Source: Octopus bimaculoides (lineage: Eukaryota). Taken from it: 43,952 nucleotides of DNA. The position numbers and the translations under genes were made by a program. Below are positions 25,351-37,847 of the stretch, piece after piece. Within the stretch, counting starts at the first letter, position 1, and every line of letters starts with the position of its first letter. The notes beneath the pieces were generated by a model. It was not told the DNA's origin. It worked only from the letters and a program-made list of their open reading frames with translations, and ran no database searches. Location of the stretch: the NCBI RefSeq assembly GCF_001194135.2, contig NC_068991.1, forward strand, positions 25,028,556 to 25,072,507, in the 5' to 3' direction.

Positions 25351-26483
25351 GTAGGCATATATATATAAATAAATGTGTGTGTGTTCTTGTATCATGCAAT
25401 GTCAAGACAAGGAGACAAAAACACATTACATATTAATGAATATTATCACTGCCATACAAGTGGTAAGCTTTGTTTGGAATCTTCTTTAAGACCATGGGGA
25501 AATATTATCTTGCTTGGAAACAGGTGAGGGCCGTTGGCAGAAAGGACATCTGGCTTTAGAAAATATGCCTCAGTCAATTTTGATTGACCCATGCAAGCAT
25601 GGAAAAGTGAACATTAAAACAATGATGATGATGGTGATGCTAATTTATTATGAAAATGACATTTTTTTAATAAAATAAAATTTTATTAAAACTTATTAAT
25701 AATCACCTCATCTTTCAGAACCCAGAATATTTTCATGGAACCCAGGAGTTTCATGGGATCCAGACCTTACATAAACAGTGGTATTAGTGATCAGTGATAT
25801 CATTTAGGTGACCTTTTCATGATTAGAGTTATTGATCAGTGATGCCAATTAGATGGCTTTTCATAATTAGAGGTATCAATCAATTAGTGACTATTGATAT
25901 TTTTAACATTATACTTAATCGATAGCCATCAGACCCCTTGCCTGTCTCTTTTACAAGGATTCTGACCTGATCTGGGGTTAATCTAATATATATATGTTTG
26001 ACTTTCTATTATAGTAATCCATGAATCATAAATTCTTCCTCCCTTACTTGCCCCTCAGTTTTAGAGGCTCTGAAAATGGTCACGGGTGGTGCACTTATTC
26101 TTCTGCCTGACAGCTAGAATGCAAATTTGGATTGCAGAATCTATACACTGCAAAAGAATAACACAGCCATATTTGCAGTTTGTCTTACCATCTAGACCCT
26201 GTGGCACATGCTACTAGAATAATGCAGAACCAACCAAAGGGATAAGTCTTCTTGTTAGAAATGGCACCCAAATTTCCCTCAGATAATATAATAATAATAA
26301 AAAAGAAAAAGGACACATTAGATACAGTAATTCAAGGTGCACTATGTCTAAACAATAAGACAGAATGGTTGACCCTGGATCAGGGTTAACATGAGCTTAA
26401 ACAACAACAATAACCATAGAGATAGCAGTTATGGTTTGAGAATCAACATATTGCAGCTTTGGGATTGCTGTTAGCAGTTCTAG

Positions 26484-26524
26484 ACCTTAATTAAACCCAA
26501 AATGGCAGCAACAGCTGTTGATAA
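26484..26524 (+). CDS. Candidate cassette mini-exon (phase 0->2): TLIKPKMAATAVD(K)
   Basis: Consensus AA|gtaagt donor, weak ttctag acceptor, open frame; no homology support. Confidence 0.2.
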
Positions 26525-27589
26525 GTAAGTGATCAGTTTAACTAAATGTCTTAGTAGCAATTTGAAATAATGTTGGTGTGTGTGTATTTGAAAAGGTTAG
26601 AGAATGTGTTTAATTTATAAATTTGTATAAAAATTATCATAAATAAATGTGAAATTGTTCTGAGTTGATATTTTTGTTTTATTTACAATAAATGAGCTGT
26701 GCTTGAGAAACCCTTCTACTAGCCATCGCTCCTTCTCCCCCAGGTTACATATGACAGACAAGTATCAGTCTTCTGTAACCGTCACTATCTCTCTTCCATT
26801 ACTCCATCAAGTATTGTTTCTTCTGTTACTCCTTTTTCAACCACCTTCTTACACCATTAACTCTGTTCCCCCTGTCATTCTTCTCTCAGCATCTCAGTTT
26901 AGCTCAGTTGCTGTCATCACTCTCTTGTCTATTCTTCTTCTTAGTGCAGTTTTGCAAGGTACAAGGCAACTTAATTAGTGCTGGTGCCATGATAAAATTC
27001 ACCCACAACACTCTGTAAAGTGGTTGGTATTAGAAAAACCATCTAGCTCTAGAAGCCTAGCCAAAAATGAAGTGAATTAGAGGTGGTCTTGTGGATCATC
27101 TAGGAGAGCAGTAACATTGAGTAAAGGCTGATGATGATGTTTGTGATGATGAGGAGCCTGGAGAAGCAGTTTGGCTGTGCCCATAGTGTTATCATGTCCT
27201 TTTGGTGGAGGGATAAGAATAACAAGATAAGACCAACATAATTATTATTTAGTTTGAGCTGCACATGTCTATATCTACTTTATATAATTGTAAAGTAATA
27301 AATTAGTAACCAGTGTGTGTGTTTATGTATATATGTATATAATTATATATATATATATACATGTTTGACTTTTTATCTAATGTAGTCCTCTTATACAGAG
27401 TACAGAGCTCCTCCCATTTTTTCCCATTATGCTACCTAGTTTAGCACTACCTCCTGGCCCATACCTTGAGCAGAATTCACTGTTTCAAACATTTAGACTA
27501 GATTCTTGACGAAGTTTCTGTGATCTCTTGATGTCCCTTCACATTTTACAGTTCCATAACATGCTAAGGCCTAAAATTAAACATTCTGA

Positions 27590-30290
27590 TCAATCCTCCC
27601 TACTCTAATATCCAGGGACTTGGAGTCTAGGTCCCATACATCACCTCTTAATAATATGTAAATCCCACAAATCTCTGAACTTCAAAAAGAAAGGTGGTGT
27701 CTGTATTCCCACATGCTACATGCACACATGCCTCATCACTTCTCATTTGGATATTAGCATCAAAACCTCCTTTCTCTACTCCAAATATTTCCGCTTCATG
27801 TTCCACACTCCAAACACCCCCAGCCACAAACAACTCTTGACCGACAACTCTAAGGACAGCTACCTTACTTCATCCTGCTGAAGTCATTGTCCTTTGTGAT
27901 ATCAATGTTCACATGTCCTCTCTGACATGTATCTCATACTGAAACCACTGATAGAGAGACCAAACCTTTTGCAATTCTGATTTCTCTACATCAACTAGAT
28001 TAACCCCCAGTATACATTCTTTGACCAACATACAGATATTCCAGTCATTCTTTGATTTATTTCTTACCTCCACATCCAACCTTTACCAGACTATAACTGT
28101 CACTGTTCCTACTGAGTCATCTGACCACTGTCTTATTGTGACTTCCCAGTACATGTCCATGTACCATGCAGTGCCTCTACTCTTGGATCTTATGGCATTT
28201 CAAGATAGCTCCGGCTGGAACTCCACCAATTCTATATTACCTATCCCTGGCACCATGTATGCCTCACTCTTATATTGGAAACAGCTAGATGGGTGTCAGA
28301 ATCCATTCTCTTTAGCATTTCCTTCTACAAAACCACTCACCACAAAAGCTTCACAACTCCAAGTAACTCAAGTAATACATTCATATTTGTGTTGCAGCAA
28401 TTCTGACCCCCTCCCGACCAAAAGAAATCTTACTTTATGTAGTGAAATACACCCAACTCTACAAACTGGTTGGCTCTTACCCTACACTGCAACTCTTGCA
28501 GGACCATCACCTTGACAATGAAGACTTCTTTCATGAATCACACTGCCCTCAATTTCTCCTTCCTCCCAAACTGTAGCTCCACCAACATAGTGGAATCTGC
28601 TTTTCCTTCATTTCTCAGATTTGCCTGTTCTGTGACTAGTACTCCTACAACGTAAGCTCCTTTCACTGCTTTGTAGTCAGTTCCAAACAGCATTATGTTG
28701 ATAAATCTTCTTCCACTCTCTATTGAGATATATCTCTCCATTTTTGGAAATATGTCTCAGTGTGTGCTCTTCCTAAAAGGTACATCCTTCTGACTTGAGC
28801 AATTAATGCCCTACTGCACTCACTTTCAATATCCCAAAAGTAATGGAGATAGTCATTTTGAACCTTTCTCTTTCCTTAATGACCACCAGTACGGGTTATG
28901 TAAAACTAGATCTTCTGGAAACCTGCTGTCCTCTATGAATCACCAATGGGTCCTCACTCTAGTGAAATTTGGTGAAAGTAGAGTTGTTACCCTTTGCATC
29001 AGAAAGCATTTCACTGTTTGGCATGCAAATCTTTCAAACCTGCCCCACTATGTGTTCCATCCATCTCACATCTCTTAGATCAATAGTTTCCTGTTAAATC
29101 ACACTATTGTAGCTTGTGCTGATGGAGCACTCTGTGATCCACACTGTATCATCTATGGCATACAAAGTTTAGTTCTGTCCCCAATTCTCTTCTTCTTCAA
29201 ACACACCAGTGAAAGAAATCTACTTGCCATCACTTTTATCAATATCCACCTTTATATACATGATACCATCCTTCATTTCTTTCTATCCTTTCACACCCAA
29301 CATTCATCTTTATGCAACTTTGACATCTCATGCCAAATCTGCACTAGCTCCATGAACGGAGACCTTAGAAACAGCCTCCTGTTGGATCATGTTAATCTTG
29401 TCAACATCAACATTAAAGAACCACTCAAGCACTGCATACATCATGAAAGCATCCTCACAACTCACTCATACAACTCCTTTAAACACAAATAGCATACAAC
29501 TAGGGTTCTTACACTCATTCAAAATACTTGGTTCCAATATCCCTTTGGATCACCTCTTGGTGAATGCACCTCCTTAACACATTGCCTGTCTTTTGTATCA
29601 CATGTGATACACAAGATATATTTCTATAGTATCCATTGCCATTCCCAATTTTTTTTCAGCTCAAGATTATGGAAAGAAAGCTTTATATTACTCAGAAAGA
29701 TTAAAGCTAAGGTTAACTAAAAGTTTGAAAACAAGCATGGTCATTTAGGACTGACTAATGAAAATGCTTGGGACAGGCAAAGGATTAATGTAGCAAAAAG
29801 TGCATCTCAAAGACTGGCCTTTCTCTTCAAGGCTAGAAAATACATTGGCCCTTGTTAACTAGTAACCCTCTATAAAGTTCATTGTGTAACCCATAATGGA
29901 TTACTGCTATCATATCTAGGCTGGTGCTGCTACTACACATAGAGAAATCTCAAACTATATCTAGAGAAAAGGCACTTGACTGATTGATGTGATGTCAGTT
30001 ACAGACACATTTCACCCTTTGGTTCAAAGATGTGCTCTGTCCTCTCTTTGCCTCTTCTATGACACTACAACAGTTTCTGCTTCTTGGAACTTGTTGCTTC
30101 CATGCCACTTCCACTCTCACATCCCTCTTCTTCTCTTAGATCCAACTTCTTAGGCTCTGCTGTAACTACTATGCTCAGGCTTTCCTTCTCAGAAAATCAG
30201 CCCTCAAGAATTGCTTCATGTCTTTACTGCTGATATTAATTTGCAACATTTTAATTGGAATGTTAATGATGGCATCAGCTTCACTGGTTG
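27590..30290 (+). mobile_element. Decayed CR1/L2-superfamily LINE ORF2 (APE endonuclease + RT)
   Basis: DLFLTS...SSDHCLI (endonuclease end); NDHQYGLCKTRSSGNLLS...FGESRVVTL (RT, cf. QYGFR...RSTGDLL...LDISKAFD); many stops and frameshifts. Confidence 0.8.
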
Positions 30291-31789
30291 TGGAGGGCCT
30301 GTGATGACCATGGATACAACCTTTTCTTCCAGGCCTTCTTAATAATAATGAAGGCTTATGGTTGAGAAAGAAAAGCACTGCTGCACTCTTGTTACACTGG
30401 AAATTCCAAGGAGATAATGTTATAAAAAGAAGGGATGGATACAGTGTTTTGTATGACATCTGGTGGGGTCATTTATAAAGAGTGGAGGTTTAAAATCCAC
30501 TTTCTAGCCTTTGGTGTCATTTAGCAAAGTCTATTCTGTTGCAAGTATTGGACCCTGTTTTATATATATATTTATATATATACATTTGATGATGATAGTC
30601 TAGAAGGAGGGGGCTGTGCTATTTACAGGTCTTCTGAAGCCAGTAAGGTTAACATGGTTAAAGCTGATGAATTGTTTCAGTAAAGTTGATGAGTGCAGGG
30701 AAAACGTGGACTGGGAGAAAATTCCAGGGGAGGAGGAAGGACTGGGTTTATTGGATTTTTTTAGTGGTTGGAGTGGGAGTTAATGTGAATGTTGAGAGAA
30801 GATGTATATAAGTAGGGAGAGCTGGAGTGGTGATGGCCTAAGGCTAGCTAGCATTTAGGAGCAGCTGCCATTATAGTAGTGGCAGAGAAGGAAAAGAGTG
30901 GAGACAACATGTCTGTCGGTTAGAAGTATTTGTGAGCAGTGCCATGACACCCAGTCAGATGATTTTTTGTCTGGTTACAGTCTAGAATAGCTTCCCTATA
31001 GGCAGCAGCAGCAACATCTCAGATGTGGAACCAGTATTCTATAGTGGGCCACACCTAAGCTTTGTAAAAGGAAGCCCAAGTGTAATTTGAGGGAGATTTC
31101 ACTGCTATTACTAGCAGATTGAAAAACCATGTAGAGGATGTTGTATTGGTTCTTCTAAAGACATAGAGCACTTCATAAATTTGTGTGCCACCCTTACAGA
31201 AGTAAAAAGAAAAAATATAAAATGAGTAATTAAATTAAAAAGGGACATAGGACATAGGAGGTGATGTAGTCCAGGGTATGTTTTGTCTAAACAAAAAGAT
31301 GAAACTGTCATGGCTGGAATGTCTTTGGTCAATTGACTACTCAGTCACTGCCAACCAAATTTAATTTAACAAGACATTGATCAACCCATAACTGTAGTAG
31401 AAAATGTTTACCTAAGGAACTTGAAACAGTGTGGTTGCAGATGAAGTTCTTAAACACATTAACTTAGTAGATAAGCAACTAGACTGCCACATCATGCTTT
31501 TTGAATTTAAATTCCCCACTGGCAAGTTTTGACAACCATCTTTGATATTCCATACTCTGCATACCTTGGATCATTTAGCTAGCAGGATTAGGTACCAGAC
31601 CTAGGAGGAAAGTAATGTGATATCCCAAAATCTAACTAGATGGATAATTTTCTCTTGTATATACACACTAGATTGTGATTGTTAATAGAACACATGAAAC
31701 AGTAGTCATGTGTCTGTACAATGTATGGGAAGATCTATCTCTTCTCCTGTCAATTATAGTCCTTCTTGTACCAACAAGAGAATCACTAT

Positions 31790-32830
31790 ATAGTTATTTG
31801 GTCTGTCAAAGAAAATAGCAGCCAAATCCCTTTCAAGCAACATCTCAGAAAAAGCAGTCAGATCTCCCTTATATCCTACATAATCAGAAATAGTAACCAA
31901 ATCTTCCACAAATTTTACTCTATACAATCAGAAATAGTTAAATATGTGTCAATATGTGACCGTATCCTATTAGAAATAATCAAATCTCATTCCTTCTCAG
32001 CCCTAGTAGAAGTCACAACCAAATTTCCTTCAGAAAAGATTTAACTGCTATCAGAAATTGCAGCTAGATCTTCCTCAGCCCTACTCTTAAACCTCCTCAT
32101 TTAAAAAATAAGGGCTCATTGGAGGATGTTGACCTAGATACATAGTATCTGGATGATTAACATCATGGTCACGGTTGGAATGGTTTTCATTGTGGGTCTG
32201 TTGGACCAGGATTGATCTAGGTAAATTTCCCTGAATTCATACTCTATCTTAAAAAGAAAAAATGTAAGCTGTCATGGATAATGTTGTCTTGATATACTAT
32301 GTCTAAAATAGTGACAGGATGGTCATGATTTGAATGCCTTTGATCTGGGTTGATCTGGGACTAAGCACCAGCAGAAACAATCATTACATTGGTTGTGCTC
32401 TGCCATGTTCACAAGGTTCATCTTCAACCAGTTCTTCTCATTTCTTCATATTCACTTATACTCATTATTTGCTGTGCATTTATGCCCATTCTACACTGAC
32501 CAGTGCCTACCTGGGCTACTCTTCAGCTACTTTTCATATCTGTTGTGGTTTTTGCTCCAGACCAGTTCCTGAATCAGCAGATTTAAGACCCAAGAAAACT
32601 ATATTATATTATCCAATGTCCTCTTTTCTTACTCAGTCACTAGCCCTGCTAGAAATAGCCCAAACTCTCAAATCAAACCTTACTGTCAAAAACAGGAAGG
32701 ACTCTCTAGATAACATAGTCCTACACATCTCTTAAAAGATGGCATGGTCACATCTGGAATGTCTGGTTGTACTATCTGGAGTGTCTGGTTATACTTATGC
32801 CTAATCAGGATTAATATGAGACTAAACAAC
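31790..32830. repeat. Cluster of a dispersed about 200-bp repeat (tagaaatagcagccaaatc...), with tandemised 5' units
   Basis: About five tandem agaaatag.a.ccaaatc units at 31790-32100. Other copies at about 7130-7310, 26240-26410, 35390-35590 and 35640-35780. Confidence 0.6.
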
Positions 32831-33446
32831 AGTGAGATGAGTCACACTGTTGCTTCACAGTTGAGCAGTTAGTGTTAAGAAGTGCATTTAAGTGTAAAAC
32901 CTGTTGCACCACCAAAAATTAATCATCCATGCCAGTTTTAATAAGCTTGAGAGAAAAATGAATGAAAGAATGACTTATGAAAAAACTAACAAAACAAATA
33001 AAACAAAATACATTTCCTAGACGTCACAGTCTATCTACTTCCTTGTTAAAACAAATTTCCCATTAACTCTTTTATGCATTCAACTTTGGACAAGTTTTTA
33101 CAATCATGTCTCTTTTTCTCACAATACTCTTTTCATCTCTTATATTGCCTGAGCAATGCATTTAATTCCCACAGCCCTCGTTCAATGCTTTCATTATCAG
33201 CCTTGTTGTGATTTTTTATGTATTTTCACTATTTCTCACCATGCTTCTAAATTGCTTTATATTCAGAATTGAAATTCATAGTTGCTTCTCATAGCAATTT
33301 CCAACTCTTTTATTACAGTTACAGAACTATGCAAATTTGTTTTCCCACAATCCACTTTTACATACACTTTAGTCATAAATATACAAATTGTTTCACACAA
33401 TCCTCTTCATTTTATTTTATTGGAGTAGAACAATACAAATGATAAT

Positions 33447-33714
33447 ACAGTTCTAGATTTAAGAGATGAGGAATTATGTACATTATTCACATTATTTACA
33501 TTTGACAGATATTTGTCCTCATCTTGTTTATTGTTAACACAACGTTTCAGCTGATTTACCCTCCAGCCTTCATCAGGTGTCTTGGGGAAATTTCGAACCT
33601 GAATTCTCATTCCTAAGGTATTTTTCGATGTTATTATTATTATTATTCAGGTCACTGCCTGGAATTGAACTCAGAGTCTTGGGGTTAGTAGCCCGTGCTC
33701 ATAACCACTACGCC
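33447..33714 (-). mobile_element. tRNA-headed SINE with Penelope-type hammerhead-containing 3' tail
   Basis: Minus strand reads: truncated A box GGCGTAGTGG, B box GTTCAATTCC, (AAT)n linker, then the hammerhead and an AT-rich tail. Confidence 0.7.
33536..33581 (-). ncRNA. Minimal type-I hammerhead ribozyme (Penelope-like)
   Basis: GACAC-CUGAUGA-A-GGCUG-(10 nt)-CAGCU-GAAA-CGUU-GUGUU. Intact core, 5-bp stems I and II, palindromic ACGU stem III, predicted cut after GUU. Confidence 0.7.
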
Positions 33715-33819
33715 TCCCCAAGACACCTGTTGAAGGCTGGAGGGTATTTATCAGGTGAAATGTGTTAACAACAAACAAGATGAGGACAAATATCCGTCAA
33801 ATGTAAATAATGTAAATAA
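33715..33819 (+). repeat. Inverted copy of the SINE tail, containing a disabled hammerhead
   Basis: Reverse complement of about 33483-33588; core reads CTGTTGA and GAAATGTG (CGT deleted). Confidence 0.8.
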
Positions 33820-34380
33820 ATACAAATGATTTCCCACAGTCTGCTTGGTTTTATTGTTCCAAAGCTAGAATTATACAAATAGTTCTCACAATTCTTTTAG
33901 TATTTGAATATTAAAGTAGAACTGTACAAATGTTTCCCAGAATCCTCTTTTTTATTGCACTGATGCAGAACTATATACAAATATTTCCCACAATCCTCTG
34001 CTTTGTAGCACTGAAGCAGAATTGTATAAATGCTTCCAGTAATCCTCTGTTTTGTTGAAGGAGAGCTATATAAATATTTTCCCAACCCCACCTCTGTTTT
34101 ATGTACTAGGAACCAGACTAAAAGCAACAACAAACATTAAACTTTGAGAATTTTTATGTTCAGTGTTTTTCTGCTTTTTTCATATCTGATTCATGGCTTA
34201 CCACAATAGTTCTTATTTAATATCTGTTTGTCTATGTACACTACTTTGGGTGCAATACTGTGTAATGTTAAATTTGATTAAAACTTATCAAAAGACCAAA
34301 ATAATGCAAAATGATGGAAATACGAAAGTGAAAACAAAACAACAGTTAATGTGTTACCTTGTATTTGTTCAATATTTCAG

Positions 34381-34423
34381 GCAGAGAACCACTACATCAA
34401 GACACATCGAAAAATGGCGGATG
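34381..34423 (+). CDS. Candidate cassette mini-exon (phase 2->0): QRTTTSRHIEKWRM
   Basis: Good acceptor (ttgtatttgttcaatatttcag), weak ATG|gtacag donor; phase links 26524 to 38465. Confidence 0.22.
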
Positions 34424-34698
34424 GTACAGAACTGTTATCTTTGCTAAGACGTGTGTGAGAGGGTTGTGACAAGTGCAAACTTGTGTTGTTATAGTAATAT
34501 GTCTGTCTTAAGTAATTCATATCTGTTGTTTAATGAAAGTTTAAACTTATTAAGATATCCTCCTTGATTTTAAGATTGCCAATGTTACATTACTATAACA
34601 ACACCAGTTTGTGCATGCCACTACCTTCTCCCACATATCTGAGCAGAGATAACAAACTCTATAACATTTCCCATTTTTCTATGGGTCATGATGGAAGT

Positions 34699-35090
34699 GT
34701 GGAGGCGCAATGGCCCAGTGGTTAGGGCAGCAGACTCTCGGTCATAGGATCGCGGTTTCGATTCCCAGACCGGGCGTTGTGAGTGTTTATTGAGCGAAAA
34801 TGCCTAAAGCTCCCCGAGGCTCCGGCAGGGGATGGTGGCGAACCCTGCTGTACTCTTCCACCACAACTTTCTCTCACTCTTACTTCCTGTTTCTGTTGTG
34901 CCTGTAATTCAAAGGGTCAGCCTTGTCACACTGTGTCACGCTGAATATTCCCGAGAACTACGTTAAGGGTACACATGTCTTTGGAGTGCTCAGCCACTTG
35001 CACGTTAATTTCATGAGCAGGCTGTTCCGTTGATCGGATCAACTGGAACCCTCGACGTCGTAAGTGATGGAGTGCCAACAACAACAACAA
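34699..35090 (+). mobile_element. Full-length young tRNA-SINE, family C, 12-bp TSD, (AAC)n tail
   Basis: A box TGGCCCAGTGG, B box GGTTTCGATTCC; TSD catgatggaagt at 34687-34698 and 35091-35102. Confidence 0.92.
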
Positions 35091-35803
35091 CATGATGGAA
35101 GTTCTAACACCAAAATTCTTGTTGTTTAGACTTCTGCATTTCATTCATTTTGCATTGTTTCAGCCTTATAATGAGTTTTAATCTACTTTAATACTTTATA
35201 CTTATTCGTGTATACATATCTGTGTTCGAACTTGTGCTGCTTTAACCTTGCTTCTGTACCAGCTTACTGCTCATGAATTTAAACAATACTTTGTCTTCAA
35301 TGCACTTTTCTTAAGTTTTTATAAAACTGAAACAATTGTATCATAGTAGAGTCCTAATAACCATGTAAAACACACACACACAGATACCACAAGGGTGAAT
35401 GAGAATCTGTCTATAGTTACTTGACTTGGTAAGAAATAGCAACCAGCTCTCTCTTATATCTCACCCTTTCTTCTTATATTAAGAAAGGGCTTTCTGAGTA
35501 AATGACATTGTGTAGATACTGTTGGAAAACAAGGTTAAATGGTCATAGAGTGCATTTGATCATAAGTTAGCGTTTACCTGAGGCTAAATGACAATCACAT
35601 TGTGAATAAGTTAATAAATATAGAAAGCCTCTACCTGATTGCTCTACTTGTTAGAAATAACAGCCAAATTTTTCTCAACTTACATCCAGCTATCTTCAGA
35701 TATACTGGATAATGTCAACTTATGTTAGAAAAGACAGGATGGTCATGGCTAGAATATCTTTGATAGTATGTTTGTTAAATAACATCAACATACACACACA
35801 CAT

Positions 35804-35843
<40 letters not shown>

Positions 35844-36150
35844 GCATACCTTTGTTTTGTCTTATGTGTCATTATGTATCTAAGTCTTTCATTGACAGTC
35901 AGTTGGTGGTCAGTTCTTATAGATTACAGCAGTAGAGTACATTAATGGCCTAGTCACTGATCCTCTATTTGACTGGATCTATTGAAGGTTAGTTTTTGGT
36001 CAGCTCCTATAATCTGTGACAATATACCATTCACTTGATTATTAGTACTCTACTTCTTTGTATCTACTAAAAGTCAGTTGTTGCTCTGTTCTTATTGACC
36101 AGAATTTCTTTTGACATGCTTAATAAGCTTTGCATGTCATTTTGATACAT

Positions 36151-36482
36151 ATGGCTCAATGGTTAGTGTGTTGAGCTCACAGTCATAAAGTAGTGAGTTC
36201 AATTCTTGGACCAGGCTGTGTGTTGTGTTCTTGAGCAAGACACTTTATTTCATGTTGCTCCTGTTCACTCAGCTGTAGAGATGAGTTGTGATGTAACTGG
36301 TGCCAAGCTGTATCAGCCTTTGCCTTTTCCTTGCATAACATCGATGGTGTGGAGAATGGAGGTTGGTGTGCATGGGTGACTGCTGGTCGTCCATAAAAAC
36401 TTTGCCTTGACTTGTGCCTTAGAGAGGAACTATCTAGGTGCAATCCCATGGTCATTCATGACCAAAGGGTGTCCTTACCCTT
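36151..36482 (+). mobile_element. tRNA-SINE family A
   Basis: atggctcaatggttag head and gtgttcttgagcaagacactt domain; homologous to 6637-6958. Confidence 0.8.
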
Positions 36483-36494
36483 TTTTTTTAGTAA

Positions 36495-36915
36495 TGTCCA
36501 ATGCCATCAGCTATGTCCTGTGGTCCTGCATAGGAACCTTTGAGATTGGGGTCGATGGTATGTGCAGTGTCCAATGCCACCAGCTATGTCATGTAGTCTT
36601 TTATAGAACTTGTGGAACTTGCTGATGGTTGCTGGATGTTGGTCAAAAACTGACTGCCAGCAATTGCAGTTTAACAGTATCAGTGACTGGGCCACAAATG
36701 TATTATAAAGATTTCAATATTTACACGCCAAAACATTCAACATTTTATTTATATGACATTATTATCATTATTTATTTTGTTCATCATATACAAGTACATG
36801 TATTTTTAACTTTATTTTACTCATTTTATTTAATTTTAGAAAAACTGAAGCATGTCTTTGATAATTTCAGACTGTATTGAACTTATTTTGTGCATGACTT
36901 TTGGCCCACCCTGTA
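36495..36915 (-). mobile_element. Tc1-like transposon 5' fragment
   Basis: Terminal TA-CAGGGTGGGCCAAAAGT (minus strand) and a decayed HTH-like peptide QHPATISKFHKFY...GG..CT..; 23-bp direct repeat at 36495 and 36568. Confidence 0.4.
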
Positions 36916-37847
36916 TATACAATTCTATTACAAAATAGAATCAAAACAGTGAATATAACAATATATGTGCTCAAATGGATTTGGGGGCTCTTTATTTTGA
37001 TATAATTGTTTCAGTTTGCGATCTTGGATAAAATAATTTGCAAACAAGTATGACTTGAAAAAAAAGCAATAGGGGGGGGGGGTGTTGTGGCAGATATCCC
37101 CAAGTGAGAAGTGGGCTGTTCCACTACTGGTAAATAGTGGACAGACACAGCCAGCAGGGTCAGTTGGTGAGGGATGCCATACGGGCATCATGCAGATGAA
37201 GCTACGTTGTCATGATGTGGGATATATCATTTATGTAATATCAAAGTCATTCATTATACATTTAAGGCCTAATCACTGATACTCTATTCTGTTGTATTTG
37301 TCAGAGTATGTCATTAGTTTATTGGTCAATTCTTATACGTTGTAGTGGTATATCAAAGATCATTGCCAACATGGAAGAGGGGTTGATAAAGTAATGATAA
37401 TGATGAAAATGGTGTGTGTATATGTAATATATATATATATAATCTCACCTTACTTCAAGCTGTGCGGATAATACTGGACTGACTTGGTACTTCAACTTAA
37501 GTACCTAATTCAACTGAATCTTAATTGTTTCTTTATACACACACACACACACACACATGNNNNNNNNNNTTAATTGTTTCTTTATACACACACACACACA
37601 CACACATGTATGTATGTATGTATGTATGTATGCATGTATGCATGTATGTATCAAATGGTGTGTATATTATATATAAATGCATGTGTCTATTTTAAATGAA
37701 TATTCTGACTCAATTGTTATTATTGTTTCCATTTTAACATGTCATCTCACTCAGAATTAAAGTGACTTTTCTAAACTACTACAATTCTGAAGTAGAGAAG
37801 TTACAAAAATTATAAGAGAAACACGTTAGTTTACACAAAGAAATATA

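Larger units (their letters stand above)
33270..34110. repeat. Degenerate about 50-bp minisatellite, interrupted by the hammerhead SINE
   Basis: Recurring tatacaaat.tttcccacaatcctct...agaact units on both sides of 33447-33819. Confidence 0.55.

Noticed and set aside
25719-25783. Exon-like NPEYFHGTQEFHGIQ after tctttcag
   Set aside because: Resembles a ggaacc/ggttcc-type repeat end and has no good donor.
34699-34775. tRNA gene-like sequence
   Set aside because: It is the head of a SINE with TSD and tail; the same holds for the other A/B-box hits.
37521-37607. Direct duplication of taattgtttctttata(ca)n
   Set aside because: Flanks an 11-N gap; typical contig-overlap artefact.
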